A DNA stretch of 64,000 bases from a bacterium. Lineage in GTDB: Bacteria > Patescibacteriota > Minisyncoccia > Phycocordibacterales > VMGT01. The stretch spans positions 76,017 through 140,016 of the forward strand of contig JAUYPI010000006.1 in assembly GCA_030697645.1 (NCBI GenBank), in the 5' to 3' direction. This document shows, in pieces, positions 28,088 through 37,775 of the stretch. The notes under the pieces are model-generated. The model made no database searches. It was not told the DNA's origin and worked only from the letters and a program-made list of their open reading frames with translations. Each line of letters opens with the position of its first letter. Position 1 is the first letter of the stretch. Both the position numbers and the translations under genes were made by a program.

Positions 28088-28116
28088 AAAAAACGCCCAC
28101 AATGTGGGCGTTTTTT
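28088..28116. terminator. Bidirectional terminator
   Basis: AAAAAACGCCCAC-aat-GTGGGCGTTTTTT. Confidence 0.8.
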
Positions 28117-28304
28117 GCTGGTAAGTAGATGAAGTCCGTAGTCTTTTACGAAGCTTGCTACCTTGTAGAACATTATAGATGAGTGCTGGTTATAAAGTCA
28201 AGCGGGAATACAGCGTCGCCCAACCATGCAGTGCAGATTGGGCGACTATTGCTATTTTTACGAACGGTCATGGAAACTTTATGACCGTATGACCGATTGG
28301 CCTA

Positions 28305-28829
28305 CTATATTCCGACGATACCCCATATGGTTTCGTGCGTGATCGTTTCGGCTATCTCGACCAAAATCGGCCATCCGACATGCTCGAGGAGAGCATCCTC
28401 TCCGCATAGCGGAAATGCTTTGCCGTATTTGACTATGTTGTGAACATAGAGGGTCCCGGAAGCGTCTATGCCGAGAAGTTGCTTCTCTTGACTGTAGAGA
28501 TCCGGAAATCCAGGGTGAGGGTCAGGCGTCGAGCACGTAAGGGTACGAGAAATCTTTACTTCTTTTCTCCGCCCTCGAAAAGCAGCCGAAAACGCGCGAA
28601 ACTCTTCTGACGCGATAAACTGCTCGTACCAATTCCAAACGATGCCCGCCGCTTCGCGTGCCTTTGGTTCATGCTCCCGCACCCACACCGCCCGAGTTTT
28701 TTGCGCCGCGGTGAATTTTGCTTTCGCCTTGCGTCGCTCGCGTAACCGACTACGCTCCTCTTGTTGTTCGTCGAGAACTCGTTCCTTGATCTGCTCGCGT
28801 AATCTTTGAAGGTGCTGACTTCTATCCAC
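28305..28829 (-). CDS. Hypothetical protein
   Basis: 174-aa ORF, GGGGAG RBS, follows the PduO-like gene. Confidence 0.65.
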   Translation of the reverse strand: MDRSQHLQRLREQIKERVLDEQQEERSRLRERRKAKAKFTAAQKTRAVWVREHEPKAREAAGIVWNWYEQFIASEEFRAFSAAFRGRRKEVKISRTLTCSTPDPHPGFPDLYSQEKQLLGIDASGTLYVHNIVKYGKAFPLCGEDALLEHVGWPILVEIAETITHETIWGIVGI

Positions 28830-28840
28830 ATCTACTCCCC

Positions 28841-29344
28841 TTAAGCCGGGTTATTGCTACGGCGTCTTTTCCGCGTCACATATGTTGGTTGGCGTTCGTG
28901 AATCCCGCTGCGGCGGTTCATGTCTCGTGCCAGCGCAAACATAAGGCACGCCAACTGGTCCATGTAGAATGCCACGATGGTGGGGTTGTCGAGATAGCCC
29001 ACAGTTTTCCGCTCAACCGCCCGTGCCTGAGTTCGCACGCAATGGAGCACGCATGAGCCCGTCGTGCCTTCGGGAATGAGAAAGTGGTCAAGCGGTTCTA
29101 ACGTAGACTCAATACCATACGTTTCCTTTTGCAAGTCGAACACGCGTTCTTTCTGCAGAGCCGGTGTGCTATTGGGGCACACCACTCCTGCTTGCAAGAC
29201 AAATAGATCATTTTGGATAGCAGTGAAGAGTTTTACATCTTTTCTCCTTTTCATCAACGACTTTGCCAGGCCGACCAACGAATTCAGGTGGTCGAGTTCT
29301 CCCAAAAGCTCGTTCTTTTCTTCGTCCAGATTGAGGTTGGTCAC
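28841..29344 (-). CDS. Degenerate PduO-type cob(I)alamin adenosyltransferase-like protein
   Basis: GELDHLNSLVGLA..IQNDLF..F.IPEG....LH.VRT.AR.VER..F.LAR.MN; N-terminal TxTGD ATP motif absent. Confidence 0.75.
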   Translation of the reverse strand: MTNLNLDEEKNELLGELDHLNSLVGLAKSLMKRRKDVKLFTAIQNDLFVLQAGVVCPNSTPALQKERVFDLQKETYGIESTLEPLDHFLIPEGTTGSCVLHCVRTQARAVERKTVGYLDNPTIVAFYMDQLACLMFALARDMNRRSGIHERQPTYVTRKRRRSNNPA

Positions 29345-29357
29345 CGGCACCCTCCGT

Positions 29358-29407
29358 AATCACAAACGAAAAACACCCTCCCATGAGGGCGTTTTTCTTT
29401 GTGATTT
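29358..29407 (-). terminator. Terminator hairpin between riboswitch and RBS
   Basis: GAAAAACGCCCTC-ATGG-GAGGGTGTTTTTC on the minus strand. Confidence 0.75.
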
Positions 29408-29422
29408 GTAATAAAAATCAAC

Positions 29423-29534
29423 AACAGAATAAATATCTGTCCCGTATGGGTTAGGTGAGCACCTTGTCGGATGGCAGGTTGCTGGAGCGTCATCGGGCCT
29501 ATTCCCTCGGCTCACTCTTGATACTTATTCTGTT
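29423..29534 (-). promoter_or_regulatory. SAM-I riboswitch
   Basis: Minus strand TATCAAGAG-TGAGCC-GAGGGA-ATAGGCCCGATGA-CGCTC-CAGCAACC..AAGGTGCT..AGATA with long P1. Confidence 0.88.
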
Positions 29535-29618
29535 ATAAATGTACCTGATACAAATGTACCAAAACGTATATCGCGCCGGCAATGTTTAGTAGTTTTAGGA
29601 AACAATAAAATCAAACTG

Positions 29619-30227
29619 TCAATGTTGATGGTCCTCGTCTCCACCGCAGCCGTCGGAGAGGTTCCAGAGTTCGGTCAATTGTTCTCCGGTAAACCCGTGA
29701 TTTTGAATGAGGTATTTTCCGAGTCCCCCGTAGACGAACCATCGCCAGCACCTGCAGCAACACGGGCCTTTTTCGTTTGAGTATAGCATGGCGTAGTCGT
29801 ACGCCTGTTGCTCTTCTGCGGTAAGTTCAAGATCGTAGTACGCAATGAGGCGTTCCGCCAATTGTGCATCAATATCATACGGGTCGTCGGGAATTTCTGC
29901 GATGTTTTGCCCGCCTACAGCTTTGAATTTTTTGAGGCCTTCAATTTGCTCGCTGTAGCGGTGGACTTCCATCGGAGTGCAGCACGATCCCCTGATACGC
30001 TCCCCGTCCGGCATATCGGCAATGGAATTTTTGAATTCTCCCGAGCAGGAAGAATTGCCGCCCTCGGAGAGTGCTTCGAACTGCGCCGCGAGCGCCGTGG
30101 GGACAGTGTGATGGTTGTCGTCCTCAGACGCTGGCCGCCTCGCCGACTCACCAAGCACCAGTGCGCCACCGACGAGAAGCGCAGTGATTCCCAGCGCGGA
30201 TGAGATTTGTTTCCTCGAGGGGCTCAT
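29619..30227 (-). CDS. Cys-rich exported protein
   Basis: TM helix; GNSSCS, GSCCTPM, GPCCCRCWRW, DGCGG; true start is MSPSRK. Confidence 0.8.
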   Translation of the reverse strand: MSPSRKQISSALGITALLVGGALVLGESARRPASEDDNHHTVPTALAAQFEALSEGGNSSCSGEFKNSIADMPDGERIRGSCCTPMEVHRYSEQIEGLKKFKAVGGQNIAEIPDDPYDIDAQLAERLIAYYDLELTAEEQQAYDYAMLYSNEKGPCCCRCWRWFVYGGLGKYLIQNHGFTGEQLTELWNLSDGCGGDEDHQH

Positions 30228-30802
30228 GGCGTTTGTGGGGGAGTACAGATCAATGGCGAAGCGATTTTTTTTGCGATGATGACGAGTGAGAAGACGAGGA
30301 GTACCACGCCGAGGATACCGAATTCTCCGCCGTGGAGCGGCAAGATCGCAAGGGCACCAGCGGCGCCGACTGCAGAGAGTACGGTGCTCAAGAGGAAAGA
30401 GCCACAGGCGGCGCAGCCGATGCCGAGCGCGCCGCTTGCGACGCCGAGAGTTCCTGCCGCAATTTCCTGCCCTTGCAGGCGACGGCGGGTGCGCTTGAGA
30501 AAGTAGACAATCATCGTGACGTTCGCACCAAAGAGCATGGCAATTGCGATGGTGTAGCCGGCGGAGAATAGAGTGAAGTTCGTGAAAATACTGCCGAGCA
30601 GACTCAGGGCGATGGTGAGTTTGCGAGAGAGCGGCGCGTGTGAGGAGATGAAGATATCGGCAATCAGACCGATATTCGGGAGCCACACCGCAAGAAGGAA
30701 AGCGAGTATAGTGAGCGCAACCGCTAGCACAGCGTACGAAGCTCTGCCAAACACCTCGCCCGTCGCCCGTCGTAGGTTTCTGAGGTCCCCTACTATTATC
30801 AT
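30224..30802 (-). CDS. Four-TM membrane protein with CxxC
   Basis: GIGCAACGS within hydrophobic helices; overlaps both neighbours by 4 nt. Confidence 0.8.
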   Translation of the reverse strand: MIIVGDLRNLRRATGEVFGRASYAVLAVALTILAFLLAVWLPNIGLIADIFISSHAPLSRKLTIALSLLGSIFTNFTLFSAGYTIAIAMLFGANVTMIVYFLKRTRRRLQGQEIAAGTLGVASGALGIGCAACGSFLLSTVLSAVGAAGALAILPLHGGEFGILGVVLLVFSLVIIAKKIASPLICTPPQTP

Positions 30803-31566
30803 GGCTGTTCTTCTTCTTTGAGCGCAAGATCAATCAGCTGTTTTACTGACGCATACGGCAGCCCGCCCGAGAGCGGATATTTTTTACCGCTCTCCGTTAT
30901 GATGATACTCCAGGGCGTACCGTTGCCTCCTGTTGCGATCGCATCGTCGAGATCGTCTTGGACATGCGCATCATAGTTGCCCGCCGTGAGGCAGAAGTTG
31001 AATTTACTTACGTCGAGTCCGATTTCCGATGCTATTTGCGGCAGGACTTTTTTGATATCTGTTTGGTCGTTCGATGGGGTCAATTCATAGAAGCGGTCAA
31101 GATACGCCCAAAACGCAGTGTTTCCGCCGCTCTCCGCGGCGCACTCGCTCGCGATAGCCTCGGCCCTCGCCTTTGAATGAAGTGTGTCGAGCGGAAAATG
31201 TCGATATATCCACGCAACGGTTCCATCTTTGCCGTATTCGTCCATCACCTGCTTTAGTGTGGGGTGGAATCGCTTGCAGAACGGACATTCCATGTCCGAA
31301 TATTCGACTATTTTTAGCGGCGCGTTCGGATTGCCACGAATGTGATCACGCTCGCTGATAGGCCGCATATTGTCTAGACTCTGCGAGTCTTGCGCTGCTG
31401 CGATTGCTGCGGGCTCTGGCGCCCTCGCGATACTTCCTCCGCGATCAGAGAAATACACCGCGGCCGCAACAAGCGCGCCCGCGAAGATAATCGAGAGCGA
31501 TACTGCAGCGGTGTGCGACGTCGAAGATCCTACGCCAGCCTCTTTTTGTATAGTGTCGTTTTCCAT
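30799..31566 (-). CDS. DsbA-family thiol-disulfide oxidoreductase
   Basis: EYSDMECPFCKRFH, YRHFPL, GTP cis-Pro loop. Confidence 0.92.
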   Translation of the reverse strand: MENDTIQKEAGVGSSTSHTAAVSLSIIFAGALVAAAVYFSDRGGSIARAPEPAAIAAAQDSQSLDNMRPISERDHIRGNPNAPLKIVEYSDMECPFCKRFHPTLKQVMDEYGKDGTVAWIYRHFPLDTLHSKARAEAIASECAAESGGNTAFWAYLDRFYELTPSNDQTDIKKVLPQIASEIGLDVSKFNFCLTAGNYDAHVQDDLDDAIATGGNGTPWSIIITESGKKYPLSGGLPYASVKQLIDLALKEEEQP

Positions 31567-31770
31567 CGAGTATAATTATTAGGTTTGCGAATGTTTTTTG
31601 GTATATAATCACGGCGCTCGCGGAAAATGAAAAGGCCTCTTTTCGCTTTCCGCTCGCTTGTGATTATAGCACATATATACCACGGGGGCGTGGAGAGCTG
31701 CAACGGTGCATGTCGATTGAGAGGAGTGCACGTCCGAGTACTAAAACATTCGGGCGTTTTTTGTCAGCCG

Positions 31771-31989
31771 TTACGCCACCTCGAACACCTTATTTTTTGC
31801 CGAAGCCCCTGAGACCAAACGGATGCGTGACGGGCTGACGCCAAAGTACGCGGCGATCGCGTGCGCGACACCCGCGTTTGCCTTGCCGCGGCGTGCTGGC
31901 GCTTGGACGGAAACGACAAAATGCGATTCGTCAATCTTCTCGACCGCCTCTCGTCGCGCGTTCGGCTTCGCTTTGATAAAGACTTTCAT
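31771..31989 (-). CDS. DUF167/YggU-family protein
   Basis: KAKPNA..V.APARRGKAN..IAAYFGV..LVSGASAKNK. Confidence 0.85.
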   Translation of the reverse strand: MKVFIKAKPNARREAVEKIDESHFVVSVQAPARRGKANAGVAHAIAAYFGVSPSRIRLVSGASAKNKVFEVA

Positions 31990-32044
31990 GATGAGGCCCC
32001 ATCCATAAATAATTTCGGATCACACGCAAAAGCACTGGTAGTCC

Positions 32045-32180
32045 GTCATTACGAGCGAACGTAGCCGAAGCCGCGATGCGCGGGCGCGGCGGGAAGCAAC
32101 CCAGAGTATAGTCACCGTATGTCAGAGTCGAGAGAATTGTAGGTCATCCCCCTGGATTGCTTCGCTCCGCTCGCAAAGAC
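32045..32180. repeat. Inverted REP-like pair
   Basis: GTCATTACGAGCGAA..GAAGCAACCCAG versus CTGGATTGCTTCGCTCCGCTCGCAAAGAC. Confidence 0.6.
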
Positions 32181-32431
32181 CTACGCCGCCGGCCTCCTTA
32201 CCGGTGCTTTTGCGTGTGATCCATAATTTCCCCATCTCGCACTCACTGCACGCCCTTATGCGGCTCGTGCTCAATCGCGAAATCCCTTTCGTTCCCGATC
32301 GGGTCTCGGATTCGCTCATTCCGCGTCAAGCTGCATCAGGCCATGCTATTCAGCACAATATGAGTGAACTTATGTATGGACGCACGATAACGTGATAACG
32401 CGTGCGGTGCGTTTATGGTACCATCCCCTCC

Positions 32432-33559
32432 ATGGAACCGCTTGCTTCACGGTTGCGGCCACGAACGCTTGAGGGATTTATCGGGCAGGAGCATCTCGTC
32501 GGGGAGGGGATGCCGCTCCGGAGCGCGATCGAGCGTCGGCACCGATTTTCATTCATTCTCTGGGGGCCGCCCGGGGTGGGGAAGACGACGCTGGCGCGCA
32601 TCTACGCGCAAGCGCTTGAAGCGAAGCTCTACGAGCTCTCGGCGGTGTCGGCGGGGAAAGACGACGTGCGTGCGGTGCTTGCGGACGAGAGTGCCGACTC
32701 GCCGAAGGTGCTCTTTCTCGACGAGATTCACCGCTTCAACAAAGCGCAGCAGGACTTTCTCCTGCCCTTTGTCGAGCGCGGTGAGATTACACTCATCGGC
32801 GCGACGACCGAGAACCCGAGTTTTGAAGTGATCGCGCCGCTCTTATCGCGCTGCCGTGTGTTCGTGCTCCGCGAACTCTCGGAGGATGAGATCGGGATGA
32901 TCATTGCAAAGAGCGGCATATCGCTCGATGATGAGGCGCGTACGCGCCTTGCCGCTATCTCAAACGGAGACGCACGTCAGGCGCTCACCATTCTTGAAGT
33001 CGCCTCCGAGCTCTATGGGGCGGTCACGATTGAGACGCTCGAGCGCGCACTCCAGTCACAGCACCTGCGCTACGACCGCGCCGGGGAGGAGCACTACAAT
33101 ACGATCAGCGCGTTCATCAAAAGCATGCGTGCCGGGCAGCCGGACGCAGCGATTTACTACCTCGCGCGGATGGTCGAGGCCGGGGAAGACCCGCTTTTTA
33201 TCGCGCGGCGGATGGTGATATTCGCGAGCGAAGACATCGGTCTCGCGCAGCCGACTGCGCTTGTTGTGGCAAACGCCGTTTTTCGCGCCTGCGAGACCAT
33301 CGGGTACCCCGAGTGCGCGATCAACCTCGCGCACGGGGTCGCGTACCTTGCGCAGAGCCGCAAAGATCGTCGCGCGTATGATGCGCTGCGAGGAGCGCAG
33401 GCGGACGTGAAGCGCCTCGGCAATCTTCCGGTCCCGCTCAAAATTAGAAACGCCCCAACCAAGCTCATGAAAGAGCTCGGCTACGGCAGCGGATATGAGA
33501 AGTATACGAAAGAAGATTTACTCCCCGACGAGATCAAGGGGAAGAAGTATCTCGAGTAA
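32432..33559 (+). CDS. rarA: Replication-associated recombination protein A
   Basis: [43 protein letters not shown]. Confidence 0.93.
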   Translation: MEPLASRLRPRTLEGFIGQEHLVGEGMPLRSAIERRHRFSFILWGPPGVGKTTLARIYAQALEAKLYELSAVSAGKDDVRAVLADESADSPKVLFLDEIHRFNKAQQDFLLPFVERGEITLIGATTENPSFEVIAPLLSRCRVFVLRELSEDEIGMIIAKSGISLDDEARTRLAAISNGDARQALTILEVASELYGAVTIETLERALQSQHLRYDRAGEEHYNTISAFIKSMRAGQPDAAIYYLARMVEAGEDPLFIARRMVIFASEDIGLAQPTALVVANAVFRACETIGYPECAINLAHGVAYLAQSRKDRRAYDALRGAQADVKRLGNLPVPLKIRNAPTKLMKELGYGSGYEKYTKEDLLPDEIKGKKYLE

Positions 33560-33729
33560 TTGATGCAGTTTTGTACTCCGCCTACAATTTGACAGGCATA
33601 TAAATTTAGCGCTAGTATGAGCACGGAAGTTGGCACCCTTTGCGTGTGGACCGGGTAACTCGAAGCAGAAAAATTGGTCAGGCCATTTTTCAGTCCTTGG
33701 ATTATGTCAGCGAGGAAAGGAGTGATCCT

Positions 33730-34266
33730 GTGAATGACAAACCATTGTTTCTAGATGGACGCACACAGCGACGCGATCTGCCGCCAGATTACGAAGAGTT
33801 AGATCGCATCAACGAGAGGCTGCTGGAGCAAGCACACACGAGGGTCCAGTCGATCGCGAATCGCTTTGCAGAGGCGAGTGGCCTCTCGTCGAGCGATGCC
33901 GAAAAACAGGAGTGGACGGAACGCGTGCTCCGTGTACTCGGTGGCGTAGCGCAGTCGATTCGCGCAACGATGCCGCGTGTGCTGCGAAGACAGGGGAGCG
34001 CACGTTATGTAGTGGAGCAAACGTCGATGGGTGTACAGGGACGGTGGGAAGCTGGAGGTGCTTCCATCAACATGGAATCCCTTATCAGAGAGGAGGCCGA
34101 GTTCGGAGAATTTGATCCCGAGAAATGCGACGTGTTTAGCCGACTCGTATGCAGTGATCTGCTGCAAGGAGGGAATTTCATACCTGGTTTTGAGGTTGAC
34201 GAGAAGGGTCAAACCTATGTACGTCTCGCCTGGCATCGGCAATCTATCCCTTCCGAAATAGCGTGA
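33730..34266 (+). CDS. Hypothetical protein
   Basis: AAGGAG RBS before GTG 33730; own promoter-like TTGACA upstream and terminator downstream. Confidence 0.6.
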   Translation: MNDKPLFLDGRTQRRDLPPDYEELDRINERLLEQAHTRVQSIANRFAEASGLSSSDAEKQEWTERVLRVLGGVAQSIRATMPRVLRRQGSARYVVEQTSMGVQGRWEAGGASINMESLIREEAEFGEFDPEKCDVFSRLVCSDLLQGGNFIPGFEVDEKGQTYVRLAWHRQSIPSEIA

Positions 34267-34358
34267 AATGGGGTCAGCCCTTTTTTTTATCAACCCGACA
34301 CTCTTCTAAGAGTGCCGGGTTGATCTTTGACCTCGACGGAGCGCAGGTACCGTTTTGC

Positions 34359-37300
34359 TCACAGCGCTTTCACCGCCTCCGCGATCATGCTCACCGTACC
34401 GTTGCGGTTTGACATGCGGCCCTTGATCGCGATGCAGCGCTCGGGTTCGAGGTGCTCGCGGCATTCGGTGAGCGTTCGGGGGAAAAAGACAACCTCGATC
34501 GAACCCGAGAGATCGGCAATGGTGGCAAAGAGCATTTTTTCGCCGTTCTTCGTGAACACTTGTTTCGTGTTCTCGACGAGTCCGGCAGCAACCGCGAGCA
34601 TACCCTCGCGGAGCTCCGTCTTCATGCGACGGATGTCAGTGCCACGACGCTCGAGTCGCTCGCGGTAGCGATCAAGCGGATGCCCCGAGACATAGAGGCC
34701 GAGGAGCTCTTTTTCCCAGCGCAGGCGCTCGTCGGGAGCTGCGCTCGGCGCGTCCACGAGCCGCAGCTGCGGCACCGATGAGATGTCCTTCATGAGTGAA
34801 AATAGTGATCCCTGCGAGGTGCTCGCGCGCTCATGGTCGCGATTGTAGGTGAGCAGGTGCTCGATATTGGCACGCATCACGCCACGCTCGCCGAGCGCAT
34901 CCATCGCCCCGCAGCAGATCAGGGCTTCGAGCGATTTATGATTGAGCGTTCGGTCACGCACGCGCTCGAGGAAGTCTTGGAGTGTTTTGTACCCGCCGCC
35001 GCGCTCTCGCGCGGCGATGATCGAGTCGGCGATCCCCTCGCCAAAGTTTTTAATCGTATAGAGGCCAAAGCGGATTTTACCTCTCTCAAGCGATGGATCG
35101 ACGATCGTAAAACCGCCAAAGCTCTCATTGACATCCGGCGGCAGCACCGCGATCCCCATACGTTTGCACTCGGCAATGATCTCGGCGACCTTTTCAACGT
35201 CGCCGGATTCTGCGGTGAGCACCGCGCTCATGTACTCGACAGGAAAGTTCGCTTTCATGTAGGCGGTCTGGTAGGCGACTTTCCCGTAACTTGCCGCATG
35301 GGCGCGATTAAATCCGTATCCCTGGAACGGCTCGAAGAGCTTCCACAGGCCTTCGGCACTCTCTCGCGTCATTTCGGAGTGCTTCATGCAACCCTCGACG
35401 AATATCACATGCTGCTTCGCCATTTCCTCCGGAATTTTTTTACCGACCGCTTTTCGAAATCGGTCGACAGACTCCCAATTGTAGCCAGCAAGTTCGATCG
35501 CGGTAAACAGGAGGTCCTCTTGGTAGACGAGAATGCCGAGTGAGCGTTCAAGAAAGGTTTGCATTTTTGGGTGGTAGTACGTAACCGGCTTTTTCCCGCG
35601 CTTGCGGGCTATGTATTCCGGAATGTTCGCCATCGGACCCGGGCGATAGAGCGCGACCATGGCGTTGATGTCATGGATTGTCGAGGGTTTGAGGTCTATA
35701 AGATAGTGGGTCATGGCTTCTCCGGAGAGTTGGAAGAGGCCCACGGTTTCTCCACGTGCGAGCATACGGTAAGTTTTTGCGTCATCAAGTGGCAGGTTTT
35801 CTATATCGATGGCGGCGCCATTCATTTTTTTTGTCTGGTCGACGGAGTCAGCAAGTATCGAGAGATTTCTAATGCCGAGAAAGTCAAACTTCGGAAGGCC
35901 CGCATCCTCGACCGCATACATGTCGTATTGCGTAATGATTTTGCCTCCCTTAGGATCACGCTGGAGGGGGACATAATCGGTTAACGGTGTCGGAGAGATG
36001 ACGACACCGGCAGCATGAACACTCACATGCCGCACACAGCCCTCGAGTTTTTTCCCGAGATCAATGACTTCCCGTGCCTCCGCGTCGTCCGTGTACATTT
36101 TTTTGAGATCCGGCTCCATCTCAAACGCTCGATCAATCGTCATGGGAAAGCCCTGCGAGCCCATGGGGACTGCTCGCGCGATCTTGTCGCCCAAGGCATA
36201 GGGTTTGCCGAGCGCGCGCGCAACGTCGCGAACGACTCCACGCGCGAGCATGGTGCCGAAGGTGCCGATTTGTGCCACCTGTGTCTCGCCGTACTTTTTC
36301 CTGGCGTAGTCGATGACTTCGTCGCGGCGGTTGTCGGCGAAATCCATGTCAATATCCGGCGGTGATGGCCGCTGTGGGTTGAGGAATCGTTCAAAGGGGA
36401 GTTGCAAGGCGATCGGATCGACGTTCGTGATGCCGGTGAGGAACCCGACCATAGATCCGGCCGCCGACCCGCGCGTTGTGGTGAGGATGCCGTTTTGATG
36501 AGCGAAGCGAAGCAGATCGGCAACAACGAGAATGTAGGAGGTGTAGCCCTTGGTGTCAATGATGTTTAGTTCGTATTCGATACGCTCGAGGGCCTCGCGG
36601 TTCAGATCGAGATTACGCTCGTGCAGTCCTTTGATGGTCATGGCACGAAGTGCGGCGTACGGGGCCATGTTTCCCTCTGGTGTAAAGGATGGAAATGAGA
36701 GCTTGCCGAGCTCAAGTTCGATGGCACACCGCTCGGCAATTCTCGATGTGTTCTCCACCGCCTCAGGCAGAGCAGCGAACGCGCGATACGCGTCTTCGGT
36801 ACTTATGAACGAAAAGTCCTCCTCGCCGCGGAAGAGGTCGCTTTCGCCGACATCGTTCTGCGTTTGGACGGCAAGCAGCGTCTGGTGCGCACGTTTGTCG
36901 TCGCGGTCGAGGTAGTGGGAGTCCTGGGTTAGGACGAGCGGGATCTCGAGCTTATGCGCAAGGGAGACGAGTTCCTGTGTCAACTTCTGCTGTCCTGCAA
37001 CTCCGGGATGGTGCATGATTTCGATGAAGTAATTTTCTGGCCCGAAAATGTCGCGGTACTCGCGCGCAACCCGCTCCGCATCCTCTACTCCGCGGTTCGT
37101 GAGGGTACGTGCGAGCTCGCCCGCCATGCACCCTGAGAGCGTGATGAGTCCATCGCGGTGCGTGGCAAGAAGCTCTTTGTCCACGCGCGGTTTGTAGTAA
37201 AGCCCCTCGAGATTCGCTTTCGTAACGAGCAGGAGGAGATTTTTGTAACCAGCGATATTTTTTGCGAGAAGCGTGAGGTGAAAACGGTGGTTGTCAATGC

Positions 37301-37544
37301 GCGGCTCTTTATCAGTGCGGCTGCGCGCGGCCACATATGCCTCGACGCCGATAATCGGATTGATGTCGTGTTGCTTGCATTCTTTATAAAATTCGATTGC
37401 GCCATACAGATTGCCATGGTCAGTAAGCGCGAGCGCGGGCATTTTGTAGCGTGCTGCGCGTGCTACAAGGTCGGGGATTTTCGATAGTCCATCGAGGAGC
37501 GAGTAGTGACTGTGGGTGTGGAGGTGGATAAAAGGAGCGGGCAT
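34359..37544 (-). CDS. dnaE: DNA polymerase III alpha subunit
   Basis: HLHTHSHYSLLDG PHP domain, RGSAAGS, PDIDMDF, YGFNRAH, OB fold. Confidence 0.96.
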   Translation of the reverse strand: MPAPFIHLHTHSHYSLLDGLSKIPDLVARAARYKMPALALTDHGNLYGAIEFYKECKQHDINPIIGVEAYVAARSRTDKEPRIDNHRFHLTLLAKNIAGYKNLLLLVTKANLEGLYYKPRVDKELLATHRDGLITLSGCMAGELARTLTNRGVEDAERVAREYRDIFGPENYFIEIMHHPGVAGQQKLTQELVSLAHKLEIPLVLTQDSHYLDRDDKRAHQTLLAVQTQNDVGESDLFRGEEDFSFISTEDAYRAFAALPEAVENTSRIAERCAIELELGKLSFPSFTPEGNMAPYAALRAMTIKGLHERNLDLNREALERIEYELNIIDTKGYTSYILVVADLLRFAHQNGILTTTRGSAAGSMVGFLTGITNVDPIALQLPFERFLNPQRPSPPDIDMDFADNRRDEVIDYARKKYGETQVAQIGTFGTMLARGVVRDVARALGKPYALGDKIARAVPMGSQGFPMTIDRAFEMEPDLKKMYTDDAEAREVIDLGKKLEGCVRHVSVHAAGVVISPTPLTDYVPLQRDPKGGKIITQYDMYAVEDAGLPKFDFLGIRNLSILADSVDQTKKMNGAAIDIENLPLDDAKTYRMLARGETVGLFQLSGEAMTHYLIDLKPSTIHDINAMVALYRPGPMANIPEYIARKRGKKPVTYYHPKMQTFLERSLGILVYQEDLLFTAIELAGYNWESVDRFRKAVGKKIPEEMAKQHVIFVEGCMKHSEMTRESAEGLWKLFEPFQGYGFNRAHAASYGKVAYQTAYMKANFPVEYMSAVLTAESGDVEKVAEIIAECKRMGIAVLPPDVNESFGGFTIVDPSLERGKIRFGLYTIKNFGEGIADSIIAARERGGGYKTLQDFLERVRDRTLNHKSLEALICCGAMDALGERGVMRANIEHLLTYNRDHERASTSQGSLFSLMKDISSVPQLRLVDAPSAAPDERLRWEKELLGLYVSGHPLDRYRERLERRGTDIRRMKTELREGMLAVAAGLVENTKQVFTKNGEKMLFATIADLSGSIEVVFFPRTLTECREHLEPERCIAIKGRMSNRNGTVSMIAEAVKAL

Positions 37545-37581
37545 GGTGAGGGTAGTATACTACACTTTGATAATAGACCTC

Positions 37582-37775
37582 TCACAACACAAAACACAAA
37601 CAAAGCACAAATCCAAAAGCCACAAAACACAAACACGTAGTGCAACCGTTTTGGTTTTGGAATTTGTGTTTTGATGTTTTGTTTGTGCTTTGTAATTTTG
37701 GCTTTGGGCTTTCGTTTGTTTTGTTTCGAATTTCGCTATTCAAATTTGTGCTTTTTACAAGCTAACAGCCATAAG
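37582..37775. repeat. Heptamer-periodic palindromic element (CACAAAA flavour)
   Basis: CACAACACAAAACACAAAC.. versus ..TTTGTGTTTTGATGTTTTGTTTGTG. Confidence 0.8.

Noticed and set aside
30228-30833. First half of the 404-aa ORF 29619-30833
   Set aside because: It overlaps the CxxC membrane gene in another frame; the real gene starts at 30227
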